From an uncultured Clostridia bacterium (GTDB lineage: Bacteria > Bacillota > Clostridia > Oscillospirales > JAAYOS01), in NCBI GenBank assembly GCA_947630675.1, contig CANRIN010000001.1, forward strand, positions 5,361 through 69,360: a stretch of DNA of 64,000 nucleotides. The letters are read 5' to 3'. The notes under the pieces are model-generated. The model was not told the DNA's origin and did not search any database. It saw only the letters and a list, made by a program, of their open reading frames with translations. Of the stretch, positions 25,921 to 35,247 are shown in pieces (within the stretch, counting starts at the first letter, position 1; each line of letters starts with the position of its first letter). Position numbers and translations under genes: made by a program.

Positions 25921-26349
25921 TTATTTCTTGAGCAGGTCGCGGATCTCGGTGAGAAGTTTTTCCTCCGCGGAGGGCTCGGGCGCGGGAGCGGGCTCTTCGA
26001 CGACCACGACCTCCTTCTTGCGGTGGAAGCGGTTTATCACCTTGACCATCGTGAACACGACAACGGCGATGAGCAGGAAGTTGATCACCATCTGAATGAA
26101 GTTGCCGTAGTAAATGGCGGCCTCGGCGGTCTCCTCGGTGGCTTCCGCCAGCACGATCTTGAAATCGCTGAACGATATGCCGCCGATTATGTAGCCTATC
26201 GCGGGCATTATGACGTCATTGACAAGCGAATTCACTATCTGCGTGAAAGCGCCGCCGATTATGACGCCGACCGCCATGTCCACGACGTTGCCGCGGGAGA
26301 TAAACTCCTTGAATTCGGCAATCAAGCCTTTCTTTCCGTCCTTTGCCAT
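25921..26349 (-). CDS. mscL: Large-conductance mechanosensitive channel
   Basis: GGAGG RBS before ATG 26349. FKEFISRGNVVDMAVGVIIGGAF. Confidence 0.9.
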   Translation of the reverse strand: MAKDGKKGLIAEFKEFISRGNVVDMAVGVIIGGAFTQIVNSLVNDVIMPAIGYIIGGISFSDFKIVLAEATEETAEAAIYYGNFIQMVINFLLIAVVVFTMVKVINRFHRKKEVVVVEEPAPAPEPSAEEKLLTEIRDLLKK

Positions 26350-26374
26350 TTTGATTCCTCCAAACCTTTGATTT

Positions 26375-27028
26375 TTATTCCCTGTGCTTTTTACCAACCG
26401 AGAACTTCGACTCGGTATGATTTACGAGACGTTTGATGTTCGAGGCGTGCTTCACCGTAACGATAACGGCGATGAGCCCGAAGATAAGTACATAGGTCCA
26501 GCAGAGCGGGTCTGTGCGGTTGAATATCCCCAGCAGCACCTCCGCAAACCACACCGCGAGTATCGAGCCGAGCGACACATACCGCGTAACGAGCACGATG
26601 ATGATAAAGAGCGATATGGCGATAAGGAACACCCGCCAGTCGAATGCGAGTATCAGCGCCGCGACGCTGAGGACGCCCTTGCCGCCCTTGAACCCGAACC
26701 AAACGGGGTAGAGGTGGCCGATTATCACGAAGAAGCCCGCAAGGAACTTCGCGGTGCCGGATATTTCGTAGCCCGCTATGGTGTCGCCGCGGAAGAGCGC
26801 CTCCACTATCAGCACCGCCGCTATGCACTTGCCGAGGTCGCCCACCATCACGATGAGCGTCGAGAAGCCGCCGTAGTTGCGCAGATAGTTCGTTATTCCG
26901 GCGTTGCCGCTGCCGTGCTCGCGCACGTCGTCCTTCTGGAATATCCGCGAGCAGATTATCGAGAAGTTAAGGCTGCCGAGCAGGTAGCTCACCACGCAGA
27001 CGAGCGCTAGCTTGAGATAAAAATTCAT
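26375..27028 (-). CDS. plsY: Glycerol-3-phosphate acyltransferase PlsY
   Basis: GSGNAGITN and FKGGKGV motifs, downstream of der. Confidence 0.9.
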   Translation of the reverse strand: MNFYLKLALVCVVSYLLGSLNFSIICSRIFQKDDVREHGSGNAGITNYLRNYGGFSTLIVMVGDLGKCIAAVLIVEALFRGDTIAGYEISGTAKFLAGFFVIIGHLYPVWFGFKGGKGVLSVAALILAFDWRVFLIAISLFIIIVLVTRYVSLGSILAVWFAEVLLGIFNRTDPLCWTYVLIFGLIAVIVTVKHASNIKRLVNHTESKFSVGKKHRE

Positions 27029-27042
27029 AACGGCATCTCCCC

Positions 27043-28386
27043 CTATTTGACGGCGGGCGCGGCGCCCTCGCCGCGCTGCTTTACAACGAGCCGGACCGGC
27101 GTTCCCTCAAAGCCGTACGCCTCGCGCAGCCGGTTTTCGATGTACCTCCTGTACCCGAACCCGAAGAGCTCCGGGTCGTTGCAGAAGGCGACGAAGTTCG
27201 GCGGCTTCACTCCGGTCTGGGTCATGTAGTATATCCTGAGGCGGCGCCCCTTCACCGACGGCGGCTGCATCCTTGCGACCGCCTCCGAGAGCACCTGGTT
27301 GAGCTGCCCCGTCGTGACGCGCTTTGCCGCGTTCTCCGCGCAGGCGACGATGAGCGAAAAGAGAGTCCCGACGCGCTGACCCGTGAGGGCGGAGATGAAC
27401 ACCACCGGCGCGTAATCCATGAACGGCAGCTCCACGCGGAGCTTTCGCTCGAACTCCGCCGGGGTCTTTGTCGTCTTGTCGGGCACGGCGTCCCACTTGT
27501 TGACGACGAGCACCGAAGCCTTCCCCGCGTCGTGCGCGAGACCGGCGACCTTCGAGTCCTGGTCGGTGACGCCCTCGGACGCGTCTATCATTATGAGGCA
27601 GACGTCCGCGCGCTCGACCGCCATCCGCGTCCGAAGGACGCTGTACTTTTCGATGTTCTCCTCGACCTTCGACTTGCGGCGGAGGCCGGCGGTGTCGATA
27701 AAGTTGAACTTTCCCTCATCGCACTCGAAGAAGCTGTCTATCGCGTCCCGCGTGGTGCCGGCGACGGGGCTGACGATGACGCGCTCCTCGCCGAGTATGC
27801 GGTTGACAAGCGAACTCTTTCCGGCGTTCGGCTTTCCTATTACGGCGACGTTTATGACGTCGCTCTCCGCGTCCTCGTCCTCCGCGCCCTCGAGGTATTC
27901 GCAGCAGCGGTCGAGCAGGTCGCCCGTGCCGTAGCCCTGAAGCGCGCTCACCGCCACGGGGTCGCCGAGGCCGAGATTGTAGAACTCATAGAGCGCGGGG
28001 TCGGGCGCGCCCGGCTTGTCGCACTTGTTGACGGCGAGCACCACCGGCTTCTGCGCGCGGAGGAGCATATCCGCGACGTCCTTGTCCGCCGCAGTCACTC
28101 CCACTGTGAGGTCGCACACGAGCACGACGACGTCCGCCGTCTCTATCGCGGTCGCCGCCTGCGAGCGCATGAAAAGCAGCATCTCGCTCGAGGTGTGCGG
28201 CTCGATGCCGCCGGTGTCCACGAGGCTGAACCTGTGCCCCGCCCACTCGCTCTCCGCGTAGATGCGGTCGCGGGTGACGCCGGGCGTGTCCTCAACTATT
28301 GATATTCGCTTGCCGACGAGCCGGTTGAAGAGATGGCTCTTGCCGACGTTCGGTCTGCCTACTATCGCTATAAGCGGCGTGCTCAT
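27043..28386 (-). CDS. der: Ribosome-associated GTPase Der/EngA
   Basis: Two G domains (GRPNVGKS, GKPNAGKS) plus a KH-like C-terminus. GGAGG RBS before ATG 28386. Confidence 0.95.
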   Translation of the reverse strand: MSTPLIAIVGRPNVGKSHLFNRLVGKRISIVEDTPGVTRDRIYAESEWAGHRFSLVDTGGIEPHTSSEMLLFMRSQAATAIETADVVVLVCDLTVGVTAADKDVADMLLRAQKPVVLAVNKCDKPGAPDPALYEFYNLGLGDPVAVSALQGYGTGDLLDRCCEYLEGAEDEDAESDVINVAVIGKPNAGKSSLVNRILGEERVIVSPVAGTTRDAIDSFFECDEGKFNFIDTAGLRRKSKVEENIEKYSVLRTRMAVERADVCLIMIDASEGVTDQDSKVAGLAHDAGKASVLVVNKWDAVPDKTTKTPAEFERKLRVELPFMDYAPVVFISALTGQRVGTLFSLIVACAENAAKRVTTGQLNQVLSEAVARMQPPSVKGRRLRIYYMTQTGVKPPNFVAFCNDPELFGFGYRRYIENRLREAYGFEGTPVRLVVKQRGEGAAPAVK

Positions 28387-28410
28387 GCGCTGCCTCCGAA
28401 AAAACAAAGT

Positions 28411-29709
28411 CTATTCTTCGCGGAGAACCGAGTGGGTAAATCCTTCCTCGCTCTCCTGAATTATCACCTTCACGCCGAGCTCACGCTCAACGTCCTCCAC
28501 GGTCCCGTCGTCGAGAAAGACGTGCTCCCCCGCGCGGAGCATGGCGGACGGGATTATCAGCCGGTGCCCGAGCATATTGCCCCGTACCTGCTCTATGAGG
28601 TCGCGGCAGGTGACGAGCCCCGCGACCGTGATAGCTTCTCCGAAAAAGTGATTTACTATGGGTATGACTTTCCCACTGATATTATGACATTTTCCACTCA
28701 AAAGGTCAACCGCTTTCGCTATGACCGGCGCAAAAAGCGTGCCCGTCGCGACGGTGAACGGCGTGCAGGCCGCGTCCTCTGGGGTCGCGGCAAGCGATGC
28801 GTCGAACTCGTCAAGAAACATCGCCGTCATGCCGACGCCGTTCTCGTACTGCGGGAAGTCCTCGTAGTACTCGTAAGGCGGCATTTCGCGGCTGGCGAGG
28901 AAAAACAGCTCGTCCGAGCAGAAGAAGGTCCGCGCGCCGTACTTCTCAAGGCAGGTCTCACCCCAGCGCTCGGCGCGCTCTATCGCGTCGACGGCGTCCT
29001 CACGCGTCACGGGAGAGAGCTTTGTCAGTCCCTCGCGGTACTTCGTGAGGCCGACCGGGACTATCGAACAGCTCGTGAGACCCGGCGCGAGGGCGGCGAG
29101 GTCTCGGAGCGTCCGTTCCAGCTCCTCGCGGTCGTTCCAGCCGGGGCAGAGGACTATCTGAGCCTTTATCTCCACGCCCCCGTCCACGAGCCGCCGTAGG
29201 TACTTCAGCTTCTCGCCCGCGAAGCGGTTATTCAGCATCTTTACGCGGAGCTCGGGGTTTGTGGTGTGGACCGAGATATTTATCGGGCTTATCCGCATCT
29301 CGATTATGCGGTCTATGTCCTCGTCGGACATGTTGGTGAGGGTGACGTAGTTGCCCTGAAGAAAGCTGAGACGCGCGTCGTCGTCCTTGAAGTAGAGAGT
29401 TTCGCGCATCCCGGGCGGCATCTGGTCTATGAAGCAGAAGATGCACTTGTTGTGGCAGGAACGCGGGTTGTCGATAAGATAGCTCTCAAACTCGAGCCCG
29501 AGCGGTTCACCGACGTCCTTGCGGACGCGAAGCTCGAGGGGCTTACCGTCCCGCTCGACGTGCAGCAGCAGCCTCGGCTCGTAGGAGCGGAAGGTGAGGT
29601 CGAGCACGTCGCGTATCTCGTGGACGCCGATGGCGCGGAGGTCGTCCCCCGCGCGAAGCCCCGCTTTCCACGCCGGACCGTGTACATCGACGTGTGTGAC
29701 CTTTGCCAT
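28411..29709 (-). CDS. DUF512 / radical-SAM-like protein with N-terminal PDZ-like segment
   Basis: CHNKCIFC Cys motif. Conserved position upstream of der in Clostridia. Confidence 0.75.
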   Translation of the reverse strand: MAKVTHVDVHGPAWKAGLRAGDDLRAIGVHEIRDVLDLTFRSYEPRLLLHVERDGKPLELRVRKDVGEPLGLEFESYLIDNPRSCHNKCIFCFIDQMPPGMRETLYFKDDDARLSFLQGNYVTLTNMSDEDIDRIIEMRISPINISVHTTNPELRVKMLNNRFAGEKLKYLRRLVDGGVEIKAQIVLCPGWNDREELERTLRDLAALAPGLTSCSIVPVGLTKYREGLTKLSPVTREDAVDAIERAERWGETCLEKYGARTFFCSDELFFLASREMPPYEYYEDFPQYENGVGMTAMFLDEFDASLAATPEDAACTPFTVATGTLFAPVIAKAVDLLSGKCHNISGKVIPIVNHFFGEAITVAGLVTCRDLIEQVRGNMLGHRLIIPSAMLRAGEHVFLDDGTVEDVERELGVKVIIQESEEGFTHSVLREE

Positions 29710-29780
29710 GTATCCCACCTCGGAAAAGCGGACAGGGGAGCGGGCGCGCGCCCCCTCCCCTGTCCGAAGATTTTTTATCC

Positions 29781-29966
29781 TTACTTTGCCTCGACGTTGA
29801 GGACGGTACGTCCATCATACGCTCCGCAAGCCTTACACACCCTGTGCGGCAGGCGATACGCCCCGCAATTGGGGCAGGTCACGAGGCTCGGGGTGGCGAG
29901 CTTCCAGTGCGACGAGCGGCGCTTGTCGCGGCGTGCTTTCGATACTTTACTCTTCGGGACGGCCAT
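29781..29966 (-). CDS. rpmF: 50S ribosomal protein L32
   Basis: MAVPKSKVSKARRDKRRS...CPNCG...CKACG. Confidence 0.95.
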   Translation of the reverse strand: MAVPKSKVSKARRDKRRSSHWKLATPSLVTCPNCGAYRLPHRVCKACGAYDGRTVLNVEAK

Positions 29967-30053
29967 TTTTTGCACCTCCTTAAGGGCTTCGGCTTGATAC
30001 TTTGTCCTTGGATTTATATTATGTTACGCGCTTTGGCGCATAGCAAGCTGTGA

Positions 30054-30584
30054 TCAGTCTCCGGCTTCCTCCGTGCGCTTCTTTTCGAGAAGCTCGCGGA
30101 GCGAGTCGAGACGGTGGTCTCCCTCCGGCCTGCATCCGCAGGGGCCGAGGTTGAGGTTTTTTCCGCAGGTAGGGCAGATGCCCTTGCAGTCGTCACGGCA
30201 GAGGAAGAGCATATCGCTCTCGAGCACCATCGTGTCCCGCAGAAAACCGTCGAGCTCTGCCGAGCCGTCCGCATCCGTAACGAGGAGGTCGGAGGTCTCA
30301 AGGTCGTCGGGATTTGCGACCTCGGTGACAACGGTAGCGTCGACCGGCAGGAAGTAGTCCCGCACGGTATGTTCGGCGCAGCGGAAGCAGTCAAACTCCA
30401 TCTCGCCCGTGATGTCGCACTCGAGCGTGAGGATGCCCGCGTCGTTTCTCACCTCTCCGCAGACTCTCATCGGGTGGGGAAAGGGAAACACAAAATTGAC
30501 TTCCAAATCGCTGCAATCCATGGTATAATCAAACGAAACCGAGCTGCCCGGCTTCTCGATGATACCGGCGAGCTCCAGCTTCAT
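30054..30584 (-). CDS. yceD: YceD/DUF177 family protein
   Basis: GGAGG RBS before ATG 30584 (ORF track opens at 30791). C-terminal CKGICPTCG...CGC. Upstream of rpmF, as usual. Confidence 0.85.
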   Translation of the reverse strand: MKLELAGIIEKPGSSVSFDYTMDCSDLEVNFVFPFPHPMRVCGEVRNDAGILTLECDITGEMEFDCFRCAEHTVRDYFLPVDATVVTEVANPDDLETSDLLVTDADGSAELDGFLRDTMVLESDMLFLCRDDCKGICPTCGKNLNLGPCGCRPEGDHRLDSLRELLEKKRTEEAGD

Positions 30585-30729
30585 GAAAACACCTCCACGC
30601 GGCGGTACAGCGAATATTATAACTGCAAACGGGAATTTTGTCAACACATTCCCGGCAATTTTTTCTCGCAGACCCGCCGCGGGACGGTACCGCATACATC
30701 GGAATGCCCGGAGAAGGGGGGAACGGGGC

Positions 30730-31656
30730 ATGCGCGAGCTCAGGATAGGCAAAAACGACGGCGGACAGCGGCTCGACCGCTTTCTGCGCAAGGCTTTTCC
30801 GCACGTTCCGGAGGCGACGATACAGAAGTGGCTCCGCGAGAAGCGCGTGCGGATAAACGGCGTCCGCGCGGGGCGGGACGCGCGCGTCGAGGCTGACGAC
30901 GTCCTCTCTCTCTACATCCGCGACGAGTTCTTTGAGGCGCCGAGGGAGGACGAGGCGTTCCGCCTGATAAAGACGCCCGTGCTCGACGTCGTGTACGAGG
31001 ACGAGAACATCCTCGTCGTCTCGAAGCCGGCGGGACTTCTCTCCCACCCGGACGAGCGCGAGAAGGTGAACACCCTCCTCACGCACATACAGGCGTATCT
31101 GTTTGCGAAAGGGGAGTACGACCCGGATGCGGAGGCGACCTTCGCGCCGTCGCTCTGCCACAGGATAGACCGCAACACGCGCGGCCTCGTCGTCGCGGCG
31201 AAGAACGCCGCGGCGCTCAGATACATCGAGGAGAAGATACGCCGCCACGAGGTCGAAAAGACCTACGTCTGCCTCACGAAGGGCGCGCCGCGCCCTCCGG
31301 CGGGCGTGCTCGAGGGATATATCCTCCGCGACCGTGAGCGAAAGACCGTCAGAGTGTACGACGCGTCGCGCCCCGGCGCGCTCTACGCCAAAACGATATA
31401 CAGGACGCTCGAACGGCGCGGGAACACCGCGCTTGTAGAGTGCCGCCTCGTCACCGGCCGCACACACCAGATACGCGCGCAGATGGCGGCGGCGGGCTGT
31501 CCGCTCGTCGGAGACGGAAAGTACGGCTCGCTCGGGCGCGGCGAGAGCGCGGGACAGCGGCTCGTCGCGTACCGCCTGCGCTTCGCGTGGGGGAAGGACG
31601 GCTCGCCGTTCGACTACCTCGCGGGGCGGGAGTTTGTCATAGAGCCGGGGCTGTGA
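30730..31656 (+). CDS. RluA-family 23S rRNA pseudouridine synthase (RluC/D type)
   Basis: S4-like N-terminus. HRIDRNTRGLVV catalytic motif. GRTHQIRAQ. Confidence 0.9.
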   Translation: MRELRIGKNDGGQRLDRFLRKAFPHVPEATIQKWLREKRVRINGVRAGRDARVEADDVLSLYIRDEFFEAPREDEAFRLIKTPVLDVVYEDENILVVSKPAGLLSHPDEREKVNTLLTHIQAYLFAKGEYDPDAEATFAPSLCHRIDRNTRGLVVAAKNAAALRYIEEKIRRHEVEKTYVCLTKGAPRPPAGVLEGYILRDRERKTVRVYDASRPGALYAKTIYRTLERRGNTALVECRLVTGRTHQIRAQMAAAGCPLVGDGKYGSLGRGESAGQRLVAYRLRFAWGKDGSPFDYLAGREFVIEPGL

Positions 31657-31800
31657 CGATATATGTATAGCGGCGGCACACTTTTTTGCGCGCGTTTATT
31701 GACATTTTACGCACGGCAGGATATATTATAGGTGAAGTTGCAGGACAAACGGAAAAGCTGTACGTTCGGTCATTACATAGGCATATCGGGAGGAGAAAAA

Positions 31801-32583
31801 ATGGAAACGGAAGTAAAATTCACGGTGGGCGCGGTCGCGCCCGATATATGGCAGATAAACGAGAAGGGCGCCGGGCAGGACGTGGACTGTTACCTCGTCG
31901 TGGGTTCGGAGCGCGCCGTGCTCATTGATTCGCTGATGAGCCGGGGCGACCGCCGCCTGTACGACATAGTCCGCGAGAAGACCTCGCTGCCGGTGGACGT
32001 TCTGCACACCCACGGCCACGGCGACCACGTCGGCGCGGAGCTGAAGGAGTTCATCGACGCGGGGTGCGACATCTACCTCTCGCCGAAGGACCTCCCGCTC
32101 GTCGGGATGTTCGGCGCGGGCTACCCCTCGGATACCTTTAAGCCGCTCGAGGAGGGCATGACCTTCGACCTCGGCGGGCGGAAGCTCGAGACGATAGCGC
32201 TCCCCGGCCACACCCCGGGCAGCGTGCTGTTCCTCGACCGCGAGCGGCGGCAGATGCTCTCGGGCGACACGGTCGGTTCGGGGCACATCTGGCTCCAGCT
32301 CGACCACTCGGAGCCGCTGCATGTCTTCCGCGACGGGGTGAAGCGCCTCGAGGAGGAGATAGCGGACCTGCGCGGACTTGTGATTTACCCCGGACACCGC
32401 TCGCAGTCCGCCGTGCAGCTGAACGGCGCATATATAACGCACCTGCGCGAGCTCAGCGACATGGTGCTCTCCGGTGAGATGGCGGGCGACGAGAACCCGA
32501 TGCTCGCGGGCCGCTTCCCGAATGCGCGCGTCGTGAGCTACGGACTGGTGCAGAGCCTCGTCTACGACATAAACAACCTGTAA
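31801..32583 (+). CDS. MBL-fold metallo-hydrolase
   Basis: GGGAGGAG RBS. HTHGHGDH motif. Confidence 0.85.
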   Translation: METEVKFTVGAVAPDIWQINEKGAGQDVDCYLVVGSERAVLIDSLMSRGDRRLYDIVREKTSLPVDVLHTHGHGDHVGAELKEFIDAGCDIYLSPKDLPLVGMFGAGYPSDTFKPLEEGMTFDLGGRKLETIALPGHTPGSVLFLDRERRQMLSGDTVGSGHIWLQLDHSEPLHVFRDGVKRLEEEIADLRGLVIYPGHRSQSAVQLNGAYITHLRELSDMVLSGEMAGDENPMLAGRFPNARVVSYGLVQSLVYDINNL

Positions 32584-32724
32584 AACCACAAATCGGCGAA
32601 AACGCGAGAATCGCGGTACGATCCCCGGCGGATGGCTCCGCCGGGGATTCTTTGGTGTTCCCGCCCCGCTGCGGGACCGGCGGCGGTTCGCGCAAAAACG
32701 AGTGGAAAAATAATTCTCGAAATG

Positions 32725-32743
32725 TAGTAAAAATTTTTTACTA
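32725..32743. promoter_or_regulatory. AT-rich near-palindrome immediately upstream of the -35 (UP-element or activator site)
   Basis: TAGTAAAAATTTTTTACTA ends 5 nt before the TTGACA. It shares TAAAAATTTTTTA with 60277-60299. Confidence 0.4.
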
Positions 32744-32748
32744 AAGTA

Positions 32749-32777
32749 TTGACAAATATGAGACAGCGGTGTATACT
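32749..32777 (+). promoter_or_regulatory. Consensus-like promoter of the DUF2500 gene array
   Basis: TTGACA, 17 nt spacer, TATACT. Confidence 0.7.
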
Positions 32778-32822
32778 CACAATAAAGTTACCACCATAAC
32801 ACTTCAGAGAGGAGCTGTCGAA

Positions 32823-33227
32823 ATGATACATCTTTTTATGAGCGTGGATCTGGAGGAGACCTATAGGGTTGTGGCGGCAGTAATAGCTGAGGTGCTGCTT
32901 ATACTGTCGGTAGTGGTGATAATTGCCGCGGCCGTGTGGCACTTCGTAAAGAAGTACCGTCTGAATAACGGCATCGGAAAGACCGTACCCGCGACGTTCG
33001 AGTCGAGCAGCTATGTGCGCGGCAGGGCAAACCTCGCGGACAAGGGACGCGTCGCGGGCAACGCCGTTGCCGTCGCCCTGGAGCACCGTCTGCTTACCTT
33101 CCGCTGCGAGAACGGGAAAGAGCTCCGCTTCGCGGTGGATACGGACGTCGCCCACGACTGGCGCGAGGACTCGGAAGGCAGACTCACATACAACGGGCGT
33201 CAGTTCATAGGCTTCGAGGCGAACTGA
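32823..33227 (+). CDS. DUF2500 (YhhM-like) membrane-anchored protein, paralog 1
   Basis: N-terminal TM helix. GKTVPATFE, LLTFRCENGKELRFAV and EGRLTYNGRQFIGF match the E. coli YhhM pattern GTLSYKGTRFVSF. Confidence 0.8.
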   Translation: MIHLFMSVDLEETYRVVAAVIAEVLLILSVVVIIAAAVWHFVKKYRLNNGIGKTVPATFESSSYVRGRANLADKGRVAGNAVAVALEHRLLTFRCENGKELRFAVDTDVAHDWREDSEGRLTYNGRQFIGFEAN

Positions 33228-33280
33228 CTTTGGCGGCGGATCGCGCTGCCTGGCGGGTACAATGAAAGAGGTGCGAAAAT

Positions 33281-33655
33281 ATGCCGAAATATGTCAACTG
33301 GACCGCACACGGCGTCTTTCTCATGGGGCTCTTTATAGCGGGCGTTGCGGTGATAGGGGGCGCTGTTGCGTGGTTCCTCATAAAGAAGCTGCGCACGAAG
33401 CTCAAAATGGGCAGGACAGTGCCCGCGACGTTTGAGGCGCGCGAGCATATTCTGAACACCGTATATTTCCCGCAGATGCACGTGCAGAGCACACGCAATC
33501 TGCCGGTAGAGTATAATCTGCTCACGTTCCGCGACAAAGCCGGAAAGCTGCTCCGCTTTGCGGTGAATCCGAACGCCTGGTGCAGCTGGAACGAGGGCGC
33601 GGAGGGCAAGCTCACCTACAACGGAAGTCAGTTCATAGGGTTCGAGACTAACTGA
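33281..33655 (+). CDS. DUF2500 (YhhM-like) membrane-anchored protein, paralog 2
   Basis: Same architecture: GRTVPATFE, LLTFRDKAGKLLRFAV, EGKLTYNGSQFIGF. Confidence 0.8.
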   Translation: MPKYVNWTAHGVFLMGLFIAGVAVIGGAVAWFLIKKLRTKLKMGRTVPATFEAREHILNTVYFPQMHVQSTRNLPVEYNLLTFRDKAGKLLRFAVNPNAWCSWNEGAEGKLTYNGSQFIGFETN

Positions 33656-33707
33656 ACTTTCCGGCGGCTCCGCGCCGCCGGGCAATATAGTGAAAGAGGG
33701 GTTGTAT

Positions 33708-34112
33708 ATGAGGGGCGCAGTATACGCAGTGACGATAGAAGACGCCGGTATGTGGATAGGAATAGCGACTATCGGAGCCATCTTTATCGCGTTTGCCGCG
33801 TATGTCATCTACCGGTTCGTGAGGCGGTTCATTCTCGACTCGCCGAGGAGGAGCGTGACCGTCCCGGCCGTCTTTCTCGAGCGGGCGGTCGTCAAGGGCA
33901 AGGTGCCGATAAGCGACCGCGGGCGGCACGAGATGGCGGCTACCGGGGGAAACAACGTCGTCGTTGAGAACTACTTCGTCGCCTTCCGCGACGGGGACGG
34001 CAAGGTCCTGAAGTTCTTTGTGGACGGAGAGACCTGTCGCGGCCTCGGCAACGGCTGCGAGGGCAGCCTCACATACAGCGGCAAGCGCTTTATGAGCTTT
34101 GCCGTGAAGTAA
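33708..34112 (+). CDS. DUF2500 (YhhM-like) membrane-anchored protein, paralog 3
   Basis: GAAAGAGGGG RBS before ATG 33708. TVPAVFLER, FVAFRDGDGKVLKFFV, EGSLTYSGKRFMSF. Confidence 0.8.
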   Translation: MRGAVYAVTIEDAGMWIGIATIGAIFIAFAAYVIYRFVRRFILDSPRRSVTVPAVFLERAVVKGKVPISDRGRHEMAATGGNNVVVENYFVAFRDGDGKVLKFFVDGETCRGLGNGCEGSLTYSGKRFMSFAVK

Positions 34113-34177
34113 AGCCGGAACGTCCCGCCCGGGCGGTATGTTATAAGTAACGCATATTACGAAAGGGGTTCTATGTT

Positions 34178-34567
34178 ATGTTAAAAGGATTCGGAATATT
34201 GATGACCGCCGCCACCGTCGGCGCGGGAACGTGGGTAGGGATAGCGGCCTGCGTGCTGATACTCGCGGCGCTCCTGATATACACGGGGACGAGGCTCGCG
34301 CGCCTGTTCGGCAAGCCGACGACTGTCGACGCGGTGTTCCTCCACGAGGCGGGCTCGGTCGTGAACACCGCCGCCACCGACCGCGCGCGGATGGCCAAGG
34401 AGGGCGCTTCGATAGCGCTCGAGAACCACGTCCTCTGCTTTGAAAACGGGGCGACCGGCGAAGAGATGCGCTTCTCGGTCTCCGGCGACTGCCGCACATG
34501 GCCGGAGGGCAAGCAAGGCAGACTTACATACAGCGGGAAGCGGTTTATTGAGTTCAAAGCGGAATAA
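34178..34567 (+). CDS. DUF2500 (YhhM-like) membrane-anchored protein, paralog 4
   Basis: TVDAVFLHE, VLCFENGATGEEMRFSV, QGRLTYSGKRFIEF. Confidence 0.8.
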   Translation: MLKGFGILMTAATVGAGTWVGIAACVLILAALLIYTGTRLARLFGKPTTVDAVFLHEAGSVVNTAATDRARMAKEGASIALENHVLCFENGATGEEMRFSVSGDCRTWPEGKQGRLTYSGKRFIEFKAE

Positions 34568-34612
34568 GCGGTCGCGGCAAAGCAATGTGAGGCAGACTCG
34601 GAGGAGGACAGC

Positions 34613-34840
34613 ATGAAACCGAAGGAAGCGAGAAAGCTCACGGTCACCTTGATCATCGTAGGGTTTGTGGTGATGTTGATGGGGTATTTCCACGGGGCGT
34701 TTTTTGCTTTGGGAGCCTGTGTTTCCTTTGCCGCCCTCATTCCCAACTTTCTTTTTTACAGATGCCCGCACTGCGGGAGGTATCTGGGAAGGAGCGACGG
34801 AGCTTTCTGCCAACACTGCGGGGAACGCCTCGAGGAGTGA
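34613..34840 (+). CDS. Small two-TM membrane protein with C-terminal zinc ribbon
   Basis: GGAGGAG RBS. Two hydrophobic helices followed by CPHCG...CQHCG. Confidence 0.65.
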   Translation: MKPKEARKLTVTLIIVGFVVMLMGYFHGAFFALGACVSFAALIPNFLFYRCPHCGRYLGRSDGAFCQHCGERLEE

Positions 34841-34902
34841 CGACTTTGCCGCTGCTCCGTTGAGCATGGTAAAGGTTCGTGGGCGCCCCGAGATCAGCTG
34901 AA

Positions 34903-34983
34903 GGTCGGGACGTCGGCGCGAAGCGCCGACGTCTGATGCGCCCGGTAGAAAGTCGGATGCGGTATGGGTTCGAGGGCGCATTC
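34903..34983 (-). repeat. Modular hairpin repeat, locus 4 (type-B module only, inverted)
   Basis: The reverse complement aligns with 57374-57450 (GAATGCGCCC...CTACCGGGCGCATCAG...GGCGCTxCGCGCCGACGTCCC). Confidence 0.8.
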
Positions 34984-35012
34984 TTGACAAGCGCCGCGCA
35001 CTGTGTTATGAT
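34984..35012 (+). promoter_or_regulatory. Promoter of the ABC-F leader
   Basis: TTGACA, 17 nt spacer, TGtTATGAT extended -10. Confidence 0.7.
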
Positions 35013-35073
35013 GTCTGTGTGTCGGGAGGCGCGGAGCCTTGCCGACACGAAATAATTCGAGAAGGGTGAAAGG

Positions 35074-35094
35074 ATGTACAGGATCTCCCGGTAA
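35074..35094 (+). CDS. Candidate 6-aa leader peptide MYRISR
   Basis: The purine-rich GAAGGGTGAAAGG runs directly into ATG 35074 (GAAGGG/GGTGA lies 5-8 nt upstream) and is followed by TAA. It lies between the promoter and the terminator of the ABC-F leader. Confidence 0.45.
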   Translation: MYRISR

Positions 35095-35211
35095 AACTTA
35101 TGTTTTGCGGCTTTTCCGCGGGCGCGGCGCGCCCGGGCGGAGCCGTGCGGGAAATCGGCGTACATCTTTGCTGCCGGGACTGTTGTACCGGTATAGTATA
35201 CTTAGAGGTGT

Positions 35212-35247
35212 TTGAGACGCGGATTTTCCGCGTCTCAATTTGTTTTT
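35212..35247 (+). terminator. Intrinsic terminator inside the ABC-F 5' leader (attenuator)
   Basis: TTGAGACGCGG-ATTTT-CCGCGTCTCAA followed by TTTGTTTTTA. It ends 24 nt before the ABC-F start. Confidence 0.75.
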
